Part shown: one piece after another, positions 39,407 to 49,385 of the stretch
Layout: every line of letters begins with the position of its first letter
Position numbering within the stretch: the stretch's first letter is position 1
Source: an uncultured Polaribacter sp.
GTDB taxonomy: Bacteria > Bacteroidota > Bacteroidia > Flavobacteriales > Flavobacteriaceae
NCBI GenBank assembly: GCA_964343335.1
Contig: CAYFJL010000001.1
Span: forward strand, 1 to 58,770
Reading direction: 5' to 3'
Length of the DNA: 58,770 nucleotides
Program-made: the position numbers and the translations under genes
The notes under the pieces: generated by a model
Told to the model about the DNA's origin: nothing
Seen by the model: only the letters and a program-made list of their open reading frames with translations
Database searches by the model: none

Positions 39407-42400
39407 TTAGTTTTTGCGTTTGAATACTATGATGTCTGTACCGATGTCAGTGGTTTTAAACATTCGGGCAGGAAGCCTGTAAGCATCTACCAAATCAGCT
39501 TTGGCTGCTACCTTTTCTTTGAGCTTGTTGTATTTGGAATTGTTGCTTAGAAAGGCACTTGGAATGATGAAAACCAATACACCTCCGGGCAACAATAAAT
39601 CCAGTCCACGAGTAATAAAGTACTGGTCGTATTCCGTGGCTCCAGTCCATTTCTTTTCGCCCATGCCTGCCCATTTCCCTGAAAACTCACCGTAAGGAGG
39701 ATTGCCAATAACCAGTTCATACTTAGCTCCACCAAAATCATCTTTCAAGTGGGTGTTACCTGCAAAAAAGAGGGTTTCAAAAGGCTGCTGATAGATACTG
39801 GCATTCGGATAAATGATTTCTGCAATGCGGACTGAATAAGGATTGATTTCATAACCGACCAATTCAGCTTCTTTGGGAGCATATTTGAAAAAGTTTCCTG
39901 TTCCGCAGGAAGGTTCTAATACTGCACCGCCTGAATAACCAAACTTGTATGCCAAGCCCCACATTTTCTGCACAATAACCTCCGGAGTGAAGTATTCATA
40001 CAACACACCTTTGCCTGAAGCTCCTTGCTTGATTAAGCCACCGCTTCCGGTATATTGAGCAATAAACTGTTTGTCCTCTTCTGAATAGGCTTCATCCTCG
40101 GCATCTTTCTCCACGATAAACTCTTCAATTTGAAGATTCAAGTCATGTTGATTACTTGGCTTTTTATCGGGTTTGGATTCCGGTTTAACCGCAGGAGTTT
40201 TTTCATTGAGTAGATAGCGAACCAAATATTCCAGTACGCCCGAAGTAGCTCCGGGTACTTTCCAAATCTCATTGTCTAAAATCAGATCATCGAGGTAATT
40301 GCGAATGATTGCTTTATGTTTTTTCTCGCCTGATTTACTTTGCGTAACCAAAGAAGAGGATTCTAGTTTGATGGGAGCTCGTTCCTTAAAACGCTTACGA
40401 ATATCTTTTACCAGTTCCAATTGAGATTGAATGGAAGTGGCTTCAATACAGTCTAAAAGAATCGTTCTTAACTTCGATTGATTGTAAGGATTACCAAATA
40501 CCAACACCTTGTTTTGAGGGTATTCGTCATCGGTCATTTTCCATGAAGCAGCTATGATAAAATCAATAGAACCTTCCTTGGCTGCCGGACTTTTATCAGG
40601 GATTTGACTAATGGTAACACCTTGTGTTTTGGCAAAGGCAATTAGTTCATCAAGAGCTTTTCTAAGTTTCTTTAGCTTTTGCTCTTCATTGTTGTAAATG
40701 CTATCTCTACTTTGAATATGAGCTGCAAGTGTTTTTACATGTTCATCAAATGCAGCTTTTAAGGCTTTCCTTTTTGTTGAGAAAATGTCTTTATCTGAAA
40801 CCGGTGTACTTGGAGAAGAAGAACCTGAAAAATCACCAAATTCTTTACCCGAAGAATTACCATAACTAAATCCTTTTTCAGGAATAGTTCTCAGTCGAAT
40901 AGAACCTCTGTATCCGGTTTGTTTGGTAAAAGGAATTTCAATGTCTTCCTCGGTATCTTTTAAAAGCTCTGATTCTTGCTCTTTAGGCTCATCAATTCCT
41001 TTGGTAATAACCGCATTGAGAGCGGTATCAAAATACACATCTCCAGTATCGGGATAATCACGTTCATAAACGGCATCCACCACAAGTGGCATCATCAGTA
41101 CAAATGGATGTTGTAACCCTCTAGCATCTTTGGTTTTTCCTTTTTCAGCCAGTAAACAACCTTTGGTTGCTTCCATTACGCCTAGTTCCAATTCGGTGAT
41201 TCCCAAATGCAATAATGCCTTAATGGAATCAATGAGAATATCAACGGCAAAACCAACAAAGTAGCTGCCTAACTTTAAGCAAACAGGGTAATTGTCCGGC
41301 TTTAAAAATCCGGAACGTTTCATGCCTTCCAAAAAGCTCAATAGGCTTTCCGCATCTATGGGTTGAATATGGTTTAATGAAGAAGGAATAACCGAAGAAT
41401 AATCCGGGTATCGAGTTTGGGTGCGGTATTGTTCCACACGATCTTGATCCACTTCTGAAAGTCCTGTACCATCTTTGCTATCAATGTTAATGGCTTCCCA
41501 ACATTTGGGAGTGATACAGTACAAGCCTTCAGCTACATGGTCGGTATCAGGAATAAAAAGGAGTTTGAATCCATTGGTAGCTACAATACCATTTTTATCA
41601 AAGTTTACCCCCAACATGGCGGTTCGGTATTCGTCTTTTGAAACGAAAGAAGCGACAATCTTTTGCAAGCCTTTATCCATCGGATCGGCTTTCCAGTCAA
41701 GTGGTTTGATTGCCTTTACCTGTTTGTATTCTTGTGGAACGAGTTCCCAAAGATTGGTAGAGAGAGCTTCTTTAAACTGTTCATCATCAATGATTCGATA
41801 GTAGTGAGCCCAACCTAATTTTTTCATAGGTGTTCGCATTCCGGTCATTTGCGACCTAAGAATGGCTTCAGGAAAACTGTCTAAGTGATGTCCATTGCGA
41901 ATATCCATAAGAAGCACATCCAATTCCCTGGCAGCTCCTTCGTAGTTCTTTTGTTTGTAGGCTTTATCAAATGCTTGAAATATGCCATCAGGGGTTAATC
42001 CACTATGAGCAAGAATACCTTCGTCTTTGGGTTGTTCTTGTGGCGTTTCAGGTTTGGGATTAGTTTGCTCTTCATTGTTTTCAGTAGTTTCTAATTCTAG
42101 TTTATGACCTTGATTTAATAGGTTGCTCAACCATCCGGATAAGAATTTGTTTTGCTCTTTTTTCTCTTTGAGGTTCACCAGTTCCTTACCGTCCTCAAAG
42201 ACATATACCGGTCGGTAACCAAATTGGTCTTGGTAGTGCATGGCTTCACCGGTTTCCAGTTCCAAATCAATGCGAATCTGCATATCAGGATCGGGAACTA
42301 AATCGCCATTCTGACTGAAATAATGAGCCAATGCAATGAGGTAACGTCCTTTTTTATCCTGACCTAAAAAGTCATAGGATAAGTCCATCAAGGCTTTGCT

Positions 42401-43510
42401 GTCCAATTCTGACTTACCGCTTGGAGTACCTGTCTCCAAATGTTCATTTAGATTAGGAATGAGTTTTTGCAGCTTATTGAAAATGGCACTATACGGCTGC
42501 ATCTTTTTAGGCTTGGATAAATTCTCCAATGCCTTTAAGTTCTGAGCCTTTTCCTTTAACCAGTTATCGTAATTACCGGTGAGGGCTTTTTTATCCGCAT
42601 CGGTAATATTGGAGTAGTTTTCATCGAGCCATGAAGCAAACGCCTCGGTAGAAGTGCTTTCGTTTTCCGGTTCTCCAATTGGCTTATTTATTTGCTCTCG
42701 GAATTTTCTGAAAAACAAATGGTAATCCTTGGGTGGGATTTGTGGTTTTTCAGGATCAGGATTCAGGATGTTTTGAATGGTATAGTATTCTTCCCAAATC
42801 TCATTTTTTCGGTTGCTTAAATCAGCATGATTCACACGCAACCAACCGGAAAACAGCAAAGGCATTTCCTCTTCCTCCAAATTGCCAAAATCAGCTTGTC
42901 TCTTGCGAGCAAACTTCCCAAAGGCATTGAGAATTTCTAATTTGTCTTTTTTACTTAATGGACGGTCGGATTGAACGAGTGACTTTGCATTTGGCTCCTT
43001 GGTTTGCACTTCCGTTGGTTCGGACTTTTCTCCAATGATATTACCTTCCTTAAATAGCTGACGAGCTTTTCGGACATAGTTTCTTGGATAGATGTTGATG
43101 GAGTGGAGCTTATCTCCAAATGTTTCTTTGGCGAACTCACTTACCAATTGCTCGGCAATGCTCTTACTTGGTTCAAATACAATGTAGTTCTCCCAAAACA
43201 GTTTGCCTTCATCATCTTTGGCTGCAATGCTTACATAACTGAAATTCTTATGGTCGATGTTTTCTTCGGATGCAGAAAAAGAGGGCTTTATATTTATAGC
43301 AATGGTTGTTTCTCCCGATTCGAGAGCTACTTTAAGGTTGTTTGCAAAATCTACAATGGAATTGGTTTTAGAAGCATACCACATATTTTGGCGGTAGCTG
43401 TATTTAAAACCTACGGCTTTTAATTGAGAGGTTGTGGCTTCATCCGGCTTTTCATCAAAGCGAAGCTCTACACCGTTTTTATTTGTATTAAATGAAATAT
43501 CTACCTTCAT
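39407..43510 (-). CDS. Large polyvalent protein with C-terminal N6-adenine methyltransferase
   Basis: EYFTP, LEPSCGTG and NPPY motifs. Internal AHYFSQNGDLVPDPDM (DUF6908-like) and a beta-clamp-like segment (SKDEYRTAMLGV...VATNGFKL). Confidence 0.85.
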   Translation of the reverse strand: MKVDISFNTNKNGVELRFDEKPDEATTSQLKAVGFKYSYRQNMWYASKTNSIVDFANNLKVALESGETTIAINIKPSFSASEENIDHKNFSYVSIAAKDDEGKLFWENYIVFEPSKSIAEQLVSEFAKETFGDKLHSINIYPRNYVRKARQLFKEGNIIGEKSEPTEVQTKEPNAKSLVQSDRPLSKKDKLEILNAFGKFARKRQADFGNLEEEEMPLLFSGWLRVNHADLSNRKNEIWEEYYTIQNILNPDPEKPQIPPKDYHLFFRKFREQINKPIGEPENESTSTEAFASWLDENYSNITDADKKALTGNYDNWLKEKAQNLKALENLSKPKKMQPYSAIFNKLQKLIPNLNEHLETGTPSGKSELDSKALMDLSYDFLGQDKKGRYLIALAHYFSQNGDLVPDPDMQIRIDLELETGEAMHYQDQFGYRPVYVFEDGKELVNLKEKKEQNKFLSGWLSNLLNQGHKLELETTENNEEQTNPKPETPQEQPKDEGILAHSGLTPDGIFQAFDKAYKQKNYEGAARELDVLLMDIRNGHHLDSFPEAILRSQMTGMRTPMKKLGWAHYYRIIDDEQFKEALSTNLWELVPQEYKQVKAIKPLDWKADPMDKGLQKIVASFVSKDEYRTAMLGVNFDKNGIVATNGFKLLFIPDTDHVAEGLYCITPKCWEAINIDSKDGTGLSEVDQDRVEQYRTQTRYPDYSSVIPSSLNHIQPIDAESLLSFLEGMKRSGFLKPDNYPVCLKLGSYFVGFAVDILIDSIKALLHLGITELELGVMEATKGCLLAEKGKTKDARGLQHPFVLMMPLVVDAVYERDYPDTGDVYFDTALNAVITKGIDEPKEQESELLKDTEEDIEIPFTKQTGYRGSIRLRTIPEKGFSYGNSSGKEFGDFSGSSSPSTPVSDKDIFSTKRKALKAAFDEHVKTLAAHIQSRDSIYNNEEQKLKKLRKALDELIAFAKTQGVTISQIPDKSPAAKEGSIDFIIAASWKMTDDEYPQNKVLVFGNPYNQSKLRTILLDCIEATSIQSQLELVKDIRKRFKERAPIKLESSSLVTQSKSGEKKHKAIIRNYLDDLILDNEIWKVPGATSGVLEYLVRYLLNEKTPAVKPESKPDKKPSNQHDLNLQIEEFIVEKDAEDEAYSEEDKQFIAQYTGSGGLIKQGASGKGVLYEYFTPEVIVQKMWGLAYKFGYSGGAVLEPSCGTGNFFKYAPKEAELVGYEINPYSVRIAEIIYPNASIYQQPFETLFFAGNTHLKDDFGGAKYELVIGNPPYGEFSGKWAGMGEKKWTGATEYDQYFITRGLDLLLPGGVLVFIIPSAFLSNNSKYNKLKEKVAAKADLVDAYRLPARMFKTTDIGTDIIVFKRKN

Positions 43511-43636
43511 CCAGTCTTTTTATTATTTATAAAAAGCCTTTCTAAAGGCAGGGAAAGCAAAGCCTATATAGCAAACAGGCTGCGATTACACAAAGCCTCT
43601 ATAATATATATATTTATAGAGATACTTCTGTGTGTA

Positions 43637-43644
43637 CAAAGGTA
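43637..43644 (-). promoter_or_regulatory. Candidate -7 promoter box for the MTase/helicase/ATPase operon
   Basis: TACCTTTG on the minus strand. Confidence 0.4.
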
Positions 43645-43812
43645 ATTTAAACACAGAAAAAAAGTTGGTTTTAAATTGTAATTCGGTACAAATTAAGATG
43701 CGTCTCAAATATTATAATACCTAAAAATCTTTATAATAAAGGCTTTGCATTTATTACAGGGATAAATTAAGCCGTGTTTCATCGGTACAACTTTTCCAAC
43801 TTTTTCAGTCTG

Positions 43813-44637
43813 CTAATCATCTAATGGACTCTTTATATTTTGGATGGAATCTTTTGCAATATGCGTGTAAATCAAAGTTGTGCTGATATTGTTGTGCCCA
43901 AGTAGTTTTTGAATATGTGCTATGCTTATACCATCTTCAAGTAAGTGGGTTGCAAAACTGTGTCTTAAGGTATGTAGAGTCGCTGATTTGTTTATTTTGG
44001 CTTTTTTCAAGGCTCTCTTAAATAATTGTCCGGCACTTTCAGAAGAGTATTTACCTCCCTTTTGCCCTTCAAACAAGTACATCTTGGGTTTGTATTCTTT
44101 GTAATAATCTCTTAAAAGCAAGAGCACTTTATTTGATAGGATCGTATATCTATCCTTTTTTCCTTTTGCACCCTTTATATGTATCAACATTCTTTCCGAA
44201 TCAATATCTTCTTTCTTTAACTCCAGCAATTCCCCAATTCTCAACCCAGCGCTGTAGATGAGCGAGAGTATTGCTTTATGCTTCAGATTGTTTGTGTTTT
44301 CAATTAGACGTATAGTTTCTGTTTTACTCAACACAACAGGTAATTTGTTTTCCCTTTGGGTTACTTTTAAATATTCAAATGGAATATCTCTTCTGTGAAT
44401 TTCCTTATAGAATAACTTTAAAGCTCCAACAATTTGCCTTTGATAAGAGGCTGAGATTCCTTTAATGTTTACCAAATGATAAATAAAGCCAAATAACTCC
44501 TGGTCGGATATAGACTTGAATGGTTTATTGTTGAAGTGTGATTTTGTCAACAACAAATGCCCTTTGTAATTGGTAATAGTCTGTTTGCTATAACGCTTTA
44601 ACTCCAAAATCCTAATAAATTCTGTTATAATATCCAT
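43813..44637 (-). CDS. Tyrosine recombinase (Xer/IntI-like, no IntI-specific insertion)
   Basis: SAM-like N-domain, GLRIGE, KGKKDR, HTLRHSFATH and LLGH...TTLIY catalytic residues. Confidence 0.93.
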   Translation of the reverse strand: MDIITEFIRILELKRYSKQTITNYKGHLLLTKSHFNNKPFKSISDQELFGFIYHLVNIKGISASYQRQIVGALKLFYKEIHRRDIPFEYLKVTQRENKLPVVLSKTETIRLIENTNNLKHKAILSLIYSAGLRIGELLELKKEDIDSERMLIHIKGAKGKKDRYTILSNKVLLLLRDYYKEYKPKMYLFEGQKGGKYSSESAGQLFKRALKKAKINKSATLHTLRHSFATHLLEDGISIAHIQKLLGHNNISTTLIYTHIAKDSIQNIKSPLDD

Positions 44638-44641
44638 TCAA

Positions 44642-44721
44642 CAAAGATAGCTGTTTATACAGATTTATAGCAGATTAACATAGTAATACAATGATAAAAT
44701 TTAATTGTTTAGCTATATTTG
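44642..44721. promoter_or_regulatory. Divergent promoters: Pint-like (minus) and Pc-like (plus)
   Basis: TATCTTTG on minus at 44642-44649 and TATATTTG on plus at 44714-44721. Confidence 0.6.
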
Positions 44722-44743
44722 CATTAACAACAAGTTAGGCACA
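44721..44743 (+). other. attI-like recombination site
   Basis: TTAAC-aacaa-GTTAGGC simple site with GTTRRRY core at 44734-44740, upstream of and divergent from the integrase. Confidence 0.7.
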
Positions 44744-45309
44744 ATACAGATCGTAGACCACACTTGTTTTGAACATGAATCATAAGTTAATTGCATGTGT
44801 ATTTTTCAGAAATTAATTTTTAATGACCACTTATTCAAATTCATATATTATGACGCAATATCTTAAATACTCATTATTGTTTTTGTTCGGAGTATTAATA
44901 ACTTTTTCAATCTTACTCTGGAGAGAAAATAACAGTCTCAATACTCAAATAGATAATCATGAGTTTACGATTAGTACGTACGTTAAGGTAATCGAAGCTT
45001 TTGGGAGGTTAGGTGAAGTTGATATTAAAGCGCTCAAACATGAACTATCTGATGACTTTGAAGTTAGTGGGTCATACGAATCGAGTGATCAAAATAAAGT
45101 TTATCATACGATAATCGTAAAAGATTTTGATGATGGACGCCCAAAAAGTATAGGTAATTTTATGGGAGGAGCTGAGATTGTTACGGATACTACTGATCAG
45201 ATTGAAACAATAATCCTTTATAAACCATAATGAAATGTGCCTAACAACAAATAAACAAAACAGCGCCGATAGGATTCAAGGTTTGCGCTACTTTGCTTAT
45301 TTTAGACCG
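44735..45309 (+). mobile_element. Gene cassette 1 (575 bp)
   Basis: Begins (G)TTAGGCACA. Its attC begins with the exact complement TGTGCCTAAC (45236-45245). Confidence 0.8.
44823..45230 (+). CDS. Cassette-borne hypothetical protein with N-terminal TM
   Basis: Single ORF whose stop lies a few nt before attC1. Confidence 0.75.
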   Translation: MTTYSNSYIMTQYLKYSLLFLFGVLITFSILLWRENNSLNTQIDNHEFTISTYVKVIEAFGRLGEVDIKALKHELSDDFEVSGSYESSDQNKVYHTIIVKDFDDGRPKSIGNFMGGAEIVTDTTDQIETIILYKP

Positions 45310-45315
45310 TTATGT
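45239..45315 (+). repeat. attC-like site 1 (77 bp)
   Basis: GCCTAAC...GTTATGT with inner imperfect inverted repeat AAATAAACAAAACAGCGC / GCGCTACTTTGCTTATTT. Confidence 0.8.
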
Positions 45316-45500
45316 GCAACCTAAAAAAACGAACGACAGTGCAACATTGAAATGGAAGGAATGCAAAACGCCAACCCTTCACAAAATTAAAAGAGGTGTT
45401 TTTGCCAACACACAAGCCCACACTAAAACACCACATTTAATTTTGCCCAACCGCACCCAAGCCCACCCACCACCCCAAAAGATGAATGGATTGACAACAA

Positions 45501-46037
45501 TCAAGTAAACTTTTCGACCAGTTCATTACACTTTGCAGACATTTCTTCTGAACTGTAAGGCATATCCTCATCCAACCAATTTGTTAGATAACTGACCAAT
45601 GCAGCGGACAACGCTTCACTTGTAAAATATATTTTGAGTTGTTCTGACTTTGATTTTGATGAATCACGTTTTAAATCTTTGGCAATTTTCAAACTCATCA
45701 CATCTCGAATATGACCGATAATTAAATCCCCACCTTTCTTCCCCAACATTGCTTTTGCAATTTGAAAATTGTCTGCGCAGTGATTGAAAAGCATTTCAAA
45801 ATCTATCCCATCTTTACTTTTCTCGTTCATCGTTCCAAGCAAACTAAAGAGTAATTGTTCTTTACTTTCAAAATGAGCGTAGAAAGTGGAACGACCTACA
45901 TTTGCTCTATCAATTATTTCTTGAACTGTTACCGCTTCATACCCTTTCTCTAAAATCAATGCTCTAAAAGCATCTGACAAATACTTCTTTGATTTTTGAA
46001 TTCGCCTATCAACAGGCTTTTGAGTTTTCTTCTTTAT
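45501..46037 (-). CDS. TetR/AcrR-family regulator (start uncertain: ATA at 46037 or TTG at 45980)
   Basis: VTVQEIIDRANVGRSTFYAHFESKE HTH. The in-frame upstream extension contains DRRIQKSK. Confidence 0.85.
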   Translation of the reverse strand: MKKKTQKPVDRRIQKSKKYLSDAFRALILEKGYEAVTVQEIIDRANVGRSTFYAHFESKEQLLFSLLGTMNEKSKDGIDFEMLFNHCADNFQIAKAMLGKKGGDLIIGHIRDVMSLKIAKDLKRDSSKSKSEQLKIYFTSEALSAALVSYLTNWLDEDMPYSSEEMSAKCNELVEKFT

Positions 46038-46187
46038 TTTACTGAACTTTTATCCGAATCTGTTCCATAACAGACACTTTGGTCGATTTAGCTATTGTAC
46101 GTTTTTTTAAGACATTCTATTTTTGCATTACAAATATAAAACAAGTTATTCGATAACAGACAACAAGTTTTAAAACAAACGAAGTAT

Positions 46188-46943
46188 ATGATAAAATCAA
46201 TTCTAAAATACGGTTTTCTTTCAGTCGCCATTTTTCTAATGGCGTTTGCACCAGCGGACACACCAACCGAAATCGTAAAAAAGGCTCATTACAATGTTCG
46301 AAGTAGTGCTTACTCAATGAATATGACAATGAAATTAGTGCGTCCAAAATGGACAAGAGAACTCACTTTCAAATCTTGGTCAAAAGATGCGGATTACGGA
46401 ATGATGGTAATCCAAGCACCTGCAAAAGACAAAGGAATCTCGACTTTGAGAATTAAATCGGAAGGTTGGACTTGGCTTCCTTCCATTGAAAGAGTAACCA
46501 AAATTTCACCGTCCCAAATGAGCCAATCTTGGATGGGTTCAGATTTTACGAATGAGGATTTATTAAAAGAAGCTTCGATAGTGAACGACTACACGCATAA
46601 ACTATTAGGCGAAGAAAAATTTCAAAATGTTACTTGTTATAAAATTCAAGCAACACCTAAACCAAATGCAGCGGTAGTTTGGGGCAAGGTCATTTTATGG
46701 ATTAGCAAAGATGATATATTACAACGGAAAGCTGAATACTATGATGAAGATGGAACATTGATAAACACACTTATCAATAGTGATTTCAAAACTGTAGGAG
46801 GTAAAAAAATAGCCACCACTTTAGAAATGACACCCAATAATAAAAAAGGACAAAAGACTATCCTAACAATTTCAGCTGCAAATTTCAGTGAGAAATTGGA
46901 CAATAACTTTTTCTCAAAAGAAAAAATGAAAACCGTAAAATAA
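46188..46943 (+). CDS. LolA-like outer-membrane lipoprotein-sorting protein
   Basis: Signal peptide and SWMGSDFTNEDL motif. Confidence 0.85.
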   Translation: MIKSILKYGFLSVAIFLMAFAPADTPTEIVKKAHYNVRSSAYSMNMTMKLVRPKWTRELTFKSWSKDADYGMMVIQAPAKDKGISTLRIKSEGWTWLPSIERVTKISPSQMSQSWMGSDFTNEDLLKEASIVNDYTHKLLGEEKFQNVTCYKIQATPKPNAAVVWGKVILWISKDDILQRKAEYYDEDGTLINTLINSDFKTVGGKKIATTLEMTPNNKKGQKTILTISAANFSEKLDNNFFSKEKMKTVK

Positions 46944-46944
46944 A

Positions 46945-48162
46945 ATGAAGCAACTTATAAAATTAGCTTGGCGAAACATTTGGCGAAAACGCAAAAGAAG
47001 TGTAATTGTCCTTGTCAGTATTGCTTTTGCTATCATTATTACAATTAGCCTGCGTTCTTTAATGCTTGGTAATGGCGATAAAACGGTAGAAGCAGGTGTA
47101 AAGAATGTGGGATATATTCAAGTACATACTGCGGATTATTGGAAAGATAAGTCTATCAATGATTTGCTTTTGGATGATGATAAATTGATAGACAAAATCA
47201 ACTCTATAGAAGGTGTTACACAAATTATTCCACGACTTCAAAACTTCTCATTAGCCGCAGGAGACAAAACTTCAAAGGCTTCTTTGGTTTTGGGCATTGA
47301 TGGCGATAATGAAAATGAATTTAACAAAGTAAAAGACAGAATTGTAAAGGGTAGTTTTTTTACTTCAAAGAGCAAAAAAGTAGTGATAGCAGAAGGGTTA
47401 GCAAAATATTTAAAACTTACAGTAGGCGATACATTGGTGTTAATCGGACAAGGTTATCAGGCAAATGTAGCAGCAGGTAAATACCCAATATCAGGAATTG
47501 TAAAAATTCCTAATCCACAAATGAACGTGATGTTGGTGTATATGCCTTTGTCTTTGGCACAAGAATACAATAGTGCATTTGGAATGTGTAGCGCTTTAAT
47601 GCTCAACATTAAAGACAGATCCCAAACAAACAGAATTTCCAAAGAACTAAAATCAAAGTTGGGTAGCAATTATGAAATTATGACTTGGGATGAAATGATA
47701 CCTGAAATTTTGAACGGGCTCAAAATTGATACCACCATTTTTATTTTGATTTCCTCGTGTCTTTTCTTAATTGTGGGTTTTGGAATAATCGGAACAATCA
47801 TAATGATGGCATTGGAACGAAAAAAAGAATTTGGAATACTTCAAGCAATCGGATTACAGAAATCACAAATACAAACTGTGATATTTTTAGAAAGTTTAAT
47901 GTTGGGCATTACAGGAATTATTATAGGATTATCAATCGCAATTCCATTTATGATTTTTATGTACTACCACCCAATTCCATTGACAGGAGATGGTGCAAAA
48001 TCTTTTGAGGCAATGGGTGTGGAACCCATTATGCAATTTGGAATCAAACCGAAACTATGGGCTTTAATGTCATTTATAGTTTTCTGCATAATGCTAATTG
48101 CAAGTTTGCTTCCTATTCAAATCATTAATAAACAAAAAGTGGCTGAAGCCATAAAACGATAA
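46945..48162 (+). CDS. ABC transporter permease (LolC/E-MacB-FtsX type)
   Basis: LAWRNIWR, ERKKEFGILQAIG, four-TM topology. Confidence 0.92.
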   Translation: MKQLIKLAWRNIWRKRKRSVIVLVSIAFAIIITISLRSLMLGNGDKTVEAGVKNVGYIQVHTADYWKDKSINDLLLDDDKLIDKINSIEGVTQIIPRLQNFSLAAGDKTSKASLVLGIDGDNENEFNKVKDRIVKGSFFTSKSKKVVIAEGLAKYLKLTVGDTLVLIGQGYQANVAAGKYPISGIVKIPNPQMNVMLVYMPLSLAQEYNSAFGMCSALMLNIKDRSQTNRISKELKSKLGSNYEIMTWDEMIPEILNGLKIDTTIFILISSCLFLIVGFGIIGTIIMMALERKKEFGILQAIGLQKSQIQTVIFLESLMLGITGIIIGLSIAIPFMIFMYYHPIPLTGDGAKSFEAMGVEPIMQFGIKPKLWALMSFIVFCIMLIASLLPIQIINKQKVAEAIKR

Positions 48163-48166
48163 TAAT

Positions 48167-49369
48167 ATGACTACAAAATTAGCTTGGAGAAATATTTGGC
48201 GAAACAAAACACGGACAACCGTTTTTTTATTGGCAGCCTTCTTTGGATTTGCAATGGCTTTATTCACATTAAATTTAATGAAGTCTATATCCCAACAGCG
48301 TTTGGATGATGCGAAGAATCTACAAACAAGTGATTTGCAAATTCACAAAATGGGATTTCAAGACGACAAGGACATTACACTTTTTATTCCTAACGCAGAA
48401 AATGTAATTCAGAAAGTCAAAGAAAACGCAAATGTAGATGTTGTTGCAAAACGCATATCCACAAATGCAGTTGCAGCTTCACCTGAAAACAGCATAGGTT
48501 GTGAAATTAAGGGAGTTGAACCTACAACTGAACGTGAAATAAGTGTAGTACAAGATTTTTTGGTTGAAGGCAGCTATTTAAGTACAGATATGAGAATGCC
48601 AATTCTAATCAGTAAGAAAACTGCCGACAAGTTAAAATTGAAATTGAAATCAAAAATCATTATCACACTCAAGAACACTCAAGAGGAAATTGTTGGCGGA
48701 AGTTTTAGAGTAGCAGGAATTTTTGCAACACCAAGTACACCTTTTGATGAAAATACGGTAATTGTAAATTACACCGATTTACAAGAATTGGGTTCAATTT
48801 CTGAACCGCAAGAAATCGCTATTAAAATTAAAGACCCAACAAAATTAATAGAAACACAGAGTGGTATTCAGGAAACGCTATCTGCCGAATATGAAGTGAA
48901 TAATTGGAAAGAATTATTGCCAGAACTCAATGCTTTTGATGCTTTTATAAATATGGTTGGAGTTCTTTTTACAATCATTGTCATTTTAGGTTTAGGGTTT
49001 AGCTTGATGAATATTATGAATATGATAGTTCAAGAAAGAACGCACGAAATAGGAATGTTACGAGCCATTGGACAAAGTAAATTCAAGGTGTTTTCAATGC
49101 TACTAAATGAAGCAGGAGTGCTTATGATGATAGGTGCAGTTTCAGGAATATTATTTGGCTATGTTTTAACTCTCATTGCCAGCAAGGTAGGTGTGCCTAT
49201 AAGTTCAGGACTTGATATGTTAGGCATTAGACCAGTGATGTATCCTAAATTGAATCCTGAAATTATAATAATGGTAATTGTAATTGCTAAAATTTTAACG
49301 GTTGCAATTGCTTCAATACCAGCATACCGAGCAATGAGAATTAAGCCTAATGGCGTATTAAGAGATTAA
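48167..49369 (+). CDS. ABC transporter permease (LolC/E-MacB-FtsX type)
   Basis: LAWRNIWR and ERTHEIGMLRAIG. Confidence 0.92.
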   Translation: MTTKLAWRNIWRNKTRTTVFLLAAFFGFAMALFTLNLMKSISQQRLDDAKNLQTSDLQIHKMGFQDDKDITLFIPNAENVIQKVKENANVDVVAKRISTNAVAASPENSIGCEIKGVEPTTEREISVVQDFLVEGSYLSTDMRMPILISKKTADKLKLKLKSKIIITLKNTQEEIVGGSFRVAGIFATPSTPFDENTVIVNYTDLQELGSISEPQEIAIKIKDPTKLIETQSGIQETLSAEYEVNNWKELLPELNAFDAFINMVGVLFTIIVILGLGFSLMNIMNMIVQERTHEIGMLRAIGQSKFKVFSMLLNEAGVLMMIGAVSGILFGYVLTLIASKVGVPISSGLDMLGIRPVMYPKLNPEIIIMVIVIAKILTVAIASIPAYRAMRIKPNGVLRD

Positions 49370-49385
49370 CAACAAAAAAAATAAA

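Noticed and set aside
43597-43621. AT-rich palindrome CTCTATAA-N9-TTATAGAG
   Set aside because: Low complexity, with no supporting context to assign a function.
14245-43790. TCGGTACAA and GGGATAAATT shared between the 14.2-14.3 kb and 43.7 kb intergenic regions
   Set aside because: Short motifs with inconsistent spacing. They could be regulator sites, but I cannot distinguish them from chance by eye.
43813-44637. Tyrosine recombinase as the element's integrase or chromosomal XerD
   Set aside because: It is internal and faces attI/attC-like sites. The att repeats are associated with the serine recombinase.
45293-45508. 71-aa ORF
   Set aside because: It spans attC1 and hairpin DNA, has a TTG start and low complexity, and is likely spurious.
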